DNA of 64,000 nucleotides from Owenia fusiformis (Eukaryota): NCBI GenBank assembly GCA_903813345.2, contig CAIIXF020000001.1, positions 7,502,001 to 7,566,000 of the forward strand, read 5' to 3'. Shown piece by piece: positions 62,001 to 64,000 of this stretch (position 1 is its first letter; each line of letters starts with the position of its first letter). The notes under the pieces were generated by a model. It saw only the letters and a program-made list of their open reading frames with translations, ran no database searches and was not told where the DNA came from. The position numbers and the translations under genes were made by a program.

Positions 62001-62960
62001 TGGCTCCCCTGCACTAATTGTTGCACCTTTAAATGAATATCAAATAAATCATGAAGCAGTGGTCTCCCCAGCGTTAAAGCAAGTGGGCGCAGCACCCACC
62101 TGAGATTTTGGAAGCAGCTTTGAACACACCTGAAAATCCATTTGAACCCACTTGAAAATTAGAAAAATCATGAAAAATAGGCATATTTTGACCAATTTTG
62201 GGCTCAATTGTGAAACTGAAAATTTTGCACCTACTTGAGAAAAAATCATGGGTAGATCACTGTGAAGTATTGTACACTTATCTCAAAATTAAAGAACTGT
62301 GCCATTCTTTGTGATTGGACTAATAAATTTCTTACTTGTTATCTGTCCATATAAGTCCCCACAGTTCTCTGTGCATCCCCTCAGGTCTCTTGAACTGTAT
62401 TCCATCAGCCTTCTTCAGTGGTTTCTTCTGGAAACACCATATACAAAGCATAAATATATTGAAGTTGAATGTACATGCTTGAAATATTATTTCCTAACTT
62501 CAATTAAAAGAACACAAGATGTTAAACTTTGAAAGTAATCTCTCCAATTTCATTTAAATTGACTTTTTGTTTTTTCAAAATGCTTAAAAAATAAGCATTA
62601 TTGTACTACTTTATGAATGAAACAATCGTCAAGGTTTTCAATGAATATGAATAACTATCAGAGCCGTAGCCAGCTTTCAGTCTGATCGCATTTTTGTGCG
62701 ATCACTAAATTTTTTTTTGTGTTTTCAGTCAGGTGGTGTGTGCGATTGTGGCATAAACAAGCAAAAAATAAGAATTATTTTGAATTTTACATCGCACCCC
62801 CCCCCCTGGCTACACATATGACTATTTGGGTGAAGAAGTGTCAATAGGATAAAAGTAAATACAATCTTACTGATCTAAGTAAGTTTTCTTTTGTCATGGG
62901 AGTTGGTTCATTATTGATATCTAAGATATCCCTGATGTCACTTCCTCCTCCAGCCTCCAT
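56099..62960 (-). CDS. DMAP1: DNA methyltransferase 1-associated protein 1 (SANT-domain subunit of NuA4/SWR1)
   Basis: 13 exons from ATG 62960 (MEAGGGSDIRDILDI) to TAA 56099. Motifs KRPEGMHRELWGL, DAPPIIPTD, VRPWKWMSF, DYPFARFNK, ETDHLF, FDLRFIVMYDRW, RSVEDLKERYY, KKTQDLQKLITAAD, GVTLRSQRMKLP, FNELRQDIVLLYELKLALANCEYELQTLRH. Confidence 0.95.
56225..56600. mobile_element. CAGTGATCTCCC-family MITE, partly tandem-duplicated; related copies at ~7464, 30164-30252, ~60378-60570 and 62057-62262
   Basis: Shared ends CAGTGAT(C/T)TCCCCAG...GATCACTG and shared internal tracts such as ggtgggtgcaagcctattttcaaaa. Confidence 0.7.
61742..62029. mobile_element. TTAA-flanked Kolobok-like MITE in a DMAP1 intron
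   Basis: ttaaAGGGGCAACA ... TGTTGCACCTttaa. Confidence 0.6.
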
Positions 62961-63136
62961 GGTTCAGCTGAAAAATAGATTAATATCATGATTACAAAGT
63001 TTGAATTCAAACAGCCGCCATTTTGCTCACTCCAGAATTTGAATCGGAAGTGTTGGCCTTATTTCCAAATAAAGAAAATTCTAAAACACACAACAAGTGA
63101 TCGAGAATAAAAATGACATTTTTACACATTACAAGA

Positions 63137-63331
63137 GGCAATCTGCGCGAGATTCCATTTTTTGGTTCAGTTTTTAGCGCATGCGCATTAAATCCAGCAA
63201 TTTAATTGGTTCAAATTATTATTACAATTTAAACCGAACCGATGGCAGAAAAGCACTTTGAATCATGGGAATGAAGTACTTCCTTTAATGAAAAACAGAA
63301 CCAATTAAAAACCGAATCTCGCGCAGATTGC
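63137..63331. repeat. Inverted repeat upstream of DMAP1 enclosing an NRF1-like GCGCATGCGC site
   Basis: GGCAATCTGCGCGAGATTC ... GAATCTCGCGCAGATTGCC. Confidence 0.6.
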
Positions 63332-64000
63332 CCCGACTACATTTTTATTGTTGGAAAAACACAGATATTGGCCAGATCGTTTTGTAATATGATCTCATAG
63401 GCTCAAAGAATAATACAGAAGATGCGTCACTAAATTGGAAAATTTCAAAAAAATGTCACTGTTTTGGCCTCTTATCGATGCAGTATTGCTTGAATAACGG
63501 TCATTGGTGATAAAAAAAGTTAAAGAATAACAAGACGCTTCTAATGAGGTATGATTTGTCTCATATTTTTCAGAAATGGCTCCACAATCGTAATTTTAAA
63601 AATTTGAAATTTTCTGAGGTGTCTCATCTTGAGGAATATTTATTGAGCTACTGATCCTACTACAAAATAATCTGGCCGGGATCTATGTTGGAAAATATCA
63701 AGTTGCGTCCCTGGGAGCCAATCCTCCTTGTCAAGGAGGATTGGCTCCCAGAATGCAACACCGATATTCTGCAAAACAATCACCTAGCGATAGCTTTGTT
63801 GGAGAGTATCGGGTCATTCTCCATGCAGTCGTACAAATTATACAGACACGAATAGCAAATGACGCATGCGTGGAGATTAAAGAATATCGAGTTGGAACCC
63901 TGGCTTCCAATCCTCCTTGCCTCCTTGATCAAAAAAATGAAAAGGTGTCACTACGGTAAATCATTGAAAAATATTGAAAAAATTCACAAAATTCAAGTTC

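Overview
AT-rich, intron-rich animal DNA; a marine lophotrochozoan, possibly a polychaete, is my inference. From left to right: (1) a minus-strand multi-exon OFCC1/ojoplano-like gene that runs off the left edge. It hosts a three-exon C-type lectin gene antisense in one intron and probably also a long single-exon otopetrin ORF. (2) An 8-kb stack of nested mobile elements: an intact APE-RT LINE, whose ORF2 carries a hydrophobic leader and a 2A/StopGo motif, sits inside an AcademH-like non-autonomous DNA transposon, which sits inside a fold-back MITE. (3) Methionine synthase reductase (MTRR, + strand). (4) Three paralogous six-exon minus-strand BRICHOS precursor genes, one of them inside an MTRR intron. 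(5) DMAP1 on the minus strand. Many MITEs are scattered throughout. The most notable system is the BRICHOS trio: a conserved TM+BRICHOS prodomain, an RxxR furin-type site, and three very different C-terminal peptides that each have exactly six cysteines ([53 protein letters not shown]9SCLLCHFLR). Exon structures were assembled by hand from GT-AG sites and reading frame. Family names come from recognising motifs; no database search was run.
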